NCBI GenBank assembly: GCA_910592345.1
Contig: CAJVPI010000201.1
Span: 1-43,035 of the forward strand
Direction of reading: 5' to 3'
Source of the DNA: Paraglomus brasilianum
Taxonomy: Eukaryota
DNA: 43,035 bases
Part shown: positions 39,357-43,035 of the stretch, piece by piece
Layout of the letters: each line of letters begins with the position of its first letter
Position numbering within the stretch: position 1 is the first letter of the stretch
Position numbers and translations under genes: made by a program
The notes under the pieces: model-generated
The model's database searches: none
Seen by the model: the letters and a program-made list of their open reading frames with translations, nothing else
Told to the model about the DNA's origin: nothing

Positions 39357-41006
39357 ATTAATTAAAATTATTATATAGAAATAAATAAAACCTGAACTAA
39401 ATAAAATTTCCCGCGGGATTACACAACTAGCAGTATTATTATTATTAGTATTGAAAGCTTTCCTAACTGGGAGTGTGAAGATCAGCTATAGCTCGCTCAC
39501 CTTTCTTAGCTATTTGTCTCTTGATAAGCTTTAATGAAGTGCAAACAAATAGTTTAGGTGAGCTTGCTCACATAGGATCAGATATGGTTCAGGAGGTGAT
39601 TTTATACATGTCGTGCATAAATCCCGTCATCGTATGAAATGCCGTCAAAATACCCAAAATTGAGAAGGGTCCCTAAACATTTTTGTCTCAATCGGCGGAT
39701 TGTGATAAACGCTATGAGTTATGTTGCAACAATAACAGCAGTGATCCTTGTGTTTTCCTACCAAGCATAAACTATGTTTACTTTCTTATTAATATGCTGT
39801 TTAGATATAAAGCCGTTATCATATTAATCTATCCTGCTTTCTGATGTTACACGGAAATGCCAATACACTGTAATTGTTAGTAATAAAACATCTTAACAGC
39901 CTATTACTATTATTAATTAATTCTCATTGTGTTCCTATTTCCACATACGACCATTACTAATCGAAATAAATAATGTTATTGTGGATGCACTGATTTGAAT
40001 TAGTGTGGAAGCAGCCGAGTTTCCTGAGCTGGGTGATATATCACAGCAAAAGGTAAGACAGCAAGAGCCAAAGCGCAGTGGGGGGTTGCATCGAACGGAT
40101 AGTAAAGGCGCATGCGCTATGGCCGATGCGGTTGTAGAACTTTTTAAACAAGTGACTGGAAATTCTCCATTTCCAAAAGCCTGATACCGTATAAAATATT
40201 CGGTTTGGCGAAAAACAAATCAAAAGTCGGACAAGCTAGTGCAAAAAGTAGCAGTAAAGAAGAATCTTACGCTTGACATATACAATGCATGTTCACAACG
40301 CAAAAGTAGCATATGGTTACAATGTATCGATTGATCCTGGCTCTGTCAACCCCAGCCACTCAGTAAATCCACCATTAAATTGTCATTCCATACAACTGGT
40401 AAAGCTTTATTCAAAGTACATTTATGAAATTAATAACGAAAAAGCATCTTGCAAGTCCTACACAAAATATTAGCTGGAAATCCCAACTTCTTCTGCTCAG
40501 ATACTATTTCTTTTTAACCGATTTCGCCGTCTTGATTCGTTTACGAACGTACCAGCAATAATACTACTCGCGCTCGTTACGATACACAAGTAAAAGAAAA
40601 TAATCGAAGAGGAATCTGAATAGACATGAAAAAGATGAAACACAAATAAAAGAGATGTACTGTACCATCGGATGATGATTATGGCCAGAAGATCCTGTGA
40701 TGTCAGAAGAAATATATCTTCTGAATATAGAAGACGCACCAGTAAATTGAGTGAAGCGTAAGTTACGGATAGAATTTGCTCGAGTATTTTTTACAGAAAT
40801 ATAGATAGAGAAAGAAGTTTGAGAGTCATAATTTATCAGTACGCGGTATGAAATCTGGCTGATGCTGAAACCATGATCTCTCATTGGTTGATCAGATTTC
40901 TATTCTCGTGCAACATTATTAGTTATGGACGGATTTCCCTTCCTATATCCTATTAACATAAATAGACACAGTGAGGGTCACACAAAATTTATTGTATATA
41001 AACAAC

Positions 41007-41029
41007 ATAATAATAATAATAATAATAAT
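41007..41029. repeat. (TAA)n microsatellite
   Basis: Direct reading. Confidence 0.85.
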
Positions 41030-41147
41030 TCTTTAATAACCCAAGTCATTTATCTTTCTTATTTATTATTCTACTGACAATTGTCCGATCAATGTTAAGA
41101 TTAGTCCAAATTTCGATAATATGATATCTTTATAATCAGTCCAAATT

Positions 41148-42160
41148 TCACGTCGCTGATAGCTGTTCACACCAAAACCGTCTCATCAATGGCAGATTGT
41201 TATGAAACAAGCAATTTGCCGTATGCATTTGGAGACCTGTACTTTTCATCTTTACCCGTTTGTGCTTTACTATTGGTTGACAGTAATCGTTGTGGCTGAT
41301 TCTCACACTCCTTACTGCGTAAATAACAATATTTATACATAAAGTAGTACCACTAACACGCGAACACGCGTCTAATACACCTAGAGCTTCTTTCCATTGC
41401 ATATCTATTGCTTCACAGCAACCTCTCCTCCTTTAAAGCGCAAATACAATTTCATCCCTTTCGTACTTGAACGTCTCTTCAAAGAATGCTAGTGGCACTG
41501 AGATTAGGAAATCAGGCTCTGCCACTGGTGCTGTTGACGCTGTATTACTGCGTTGGAATACGGTGGTGGAGACTGGTCTGATGACGAGGCGAGAGAAGAG
41601 TTGTGGCGAGCATAGTTGTGGTGAGAGATAAGCGTGTGGGAATTGTTGGAATGACGGTGTATAAAAATATGATGTGGATTTAATATATAAATTCCAATGC
41701 CATTCACATAATCTTTAATCTCTCCCTTGACTTTGTTCGTAGCCAGTGCTCAACTCCTTTCTTCTTTTTAGCTGGGAAACATGACACCGATTGTTTCTTC
41801 TTCTCCGGTTACTTCGGTATTATCTTCATATTCGACAAAGCTCCATAGCAGTTCGCTTACCTACGGAAGGAGGAAATGACGTTGATAGTCTGTGATTGCG
41901 TTTTGGAAAAGGTCAATACAATGTAAATATTAATAACAAGTCTTTTCTCTTAGGATGTGAATATACGGATTGAATGTCTTATTATTATATACCAGTTGTC
42001 GCCAGGGGAGCCACTTTTGCGCAATATGTCGCAGCCGCCTCAGCTGTTAAGAAAGAATATTCAATAACCATCGATAATCGATTAACGTTAGCATAGATGC
42101 TTACGTTTAGTGGAGTGGTAAACACCACATACACTGTTGAATCAATAAATCACCCCTGAC
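41148..42160 (-). pseudogene. Decayed spliced gene of unknown family
   Basis: Exon-like blocks with plausible splice sites (41993-42043 LRRLRHIAQKWLPWRQL; from 41860 VSELLWSFVEYEDNTEVTGEEETIGVMFP), then stops, frameshifts and an open stretch of about 90 codons. Confidence 0.3.
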
Positions 42161-43035
42161 AAAGGAGATCCCAAGCCAGAAATTATAACAATAAACGAGA
42201 CAACCTTGCACTACTGTTCACTTCAACAACGTAGCAGTAGAGCTAATTTAAATCGCGAAAAATCGTAGAATTAGTACAGGAACATGAGACCTTTTTAAAG
42301 TCGAGGTCAAGTGAACTTAGAATTAACAACAAGTATATATTAATATGTAACAAGAACACGGAAAACGATAGATTAACCTGTGTAGTAGTAGGCCAAAGTT
42401 AAAAGTCAAAGAATGACACTTTCAGCTCGCCTTGCAGAAAGCGATCAGTATAGTATTTTACTTAACTGCAGCTTTTGCAACAACCTGTATGTATAGTTAC
42501 AGCTTGAAACGTAAAGTTCTTCGGAAAAGATTTTCCTGTTGAAGATTTCTTTCGACGTAATATTAGCTGTAGCTTTGAAAGTCACTTTTAGAGTATTTTC
42601 CACCCACCCTAATTATTAGTCACTGGACATTGTTATTGGAATTGACTTGTGATAAAATGTTTATGTACATCAAACGTCAGTATTCAAATGACAATTACAT
42701 ACTTGCACACACTGGAACTTGAAACAGTCTTATAAGTATTTTCTGTATTCAGCAGTAGCTTAACTACAAAGTCTGGCATGGCCAAAATAAAAGCCTGGAC
42801 AAAACATCCCAATCGCACAAGAAAAAGGGAACAGAGAATATCGCCCAAGTGATAGCTGACACCTGATGGCATTCAAGATTCAAATCATGTGTCTGAAATT
42901 TCAGCGACGGCCGTCGTCAAAATTCTGATACAATCTCATTACTCGATTAGCTCAATTGTTTGATAAAGCAACTAATGCTGAATATTATGCTATGAAAGCT
43001 AACCAGGAAGAAACCTTATGCTGGTCAACTATGGA

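Noticed and set aside
41410..41460. Kinase-like GGEVAVKQ on the minus strand
   Set aside because: Immediately followed by a stop, with no Gly-loop, HRD or DFG motifs nearby

Overview
AT-rich, intron-dense eukaryotic DNA with short GT-AG introns. The gene content (GDP-L-fucose synthase, Tea1/Kel1-like kelch protein, Rlm1/MEF2, nuclear NDUFS3) suggests an early-diverging fungus such as Mucoromycota or Glomeromycota; this assignment is inference. Twelve intact protein-coding genes could be assembled by hand: a 14-exon TPR/alpha-solenoid gene, enolase, mitoribosomal uS10m, ATP synthase delta, a MEF2-type MADS factor, an intronless PB1-UBA protein, ADI1, mitoribosomal bL31m, NDUFS3, HAT1, a kelch/coiled-coil polarity protein and GDP-fucose synthase. 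There are also two MITE-like elements, small tandem repeats and decayed coding relics. The main finding is the gene at 2178-5698 (about 824 aa). It matches, motif by motif and in order, the N-terminal solenoid of Nup358/RanBP2 as I recall it. That nucleoporin is usually called metazoan-specific, and here the domain stands alone, with no RanBD, FG, zinc-finger, E3 or cyclophilin modules. Also notable are a p62/NBR1-like PB1-UBA protein lacking ZZ and FW domains, two matching head-to-head mitoribosome/OXPHOS gene pairs, and a perfect MEF2 site upstream of the MEF2 gene. All homology calls come from recalled sequences and need database confirmation.
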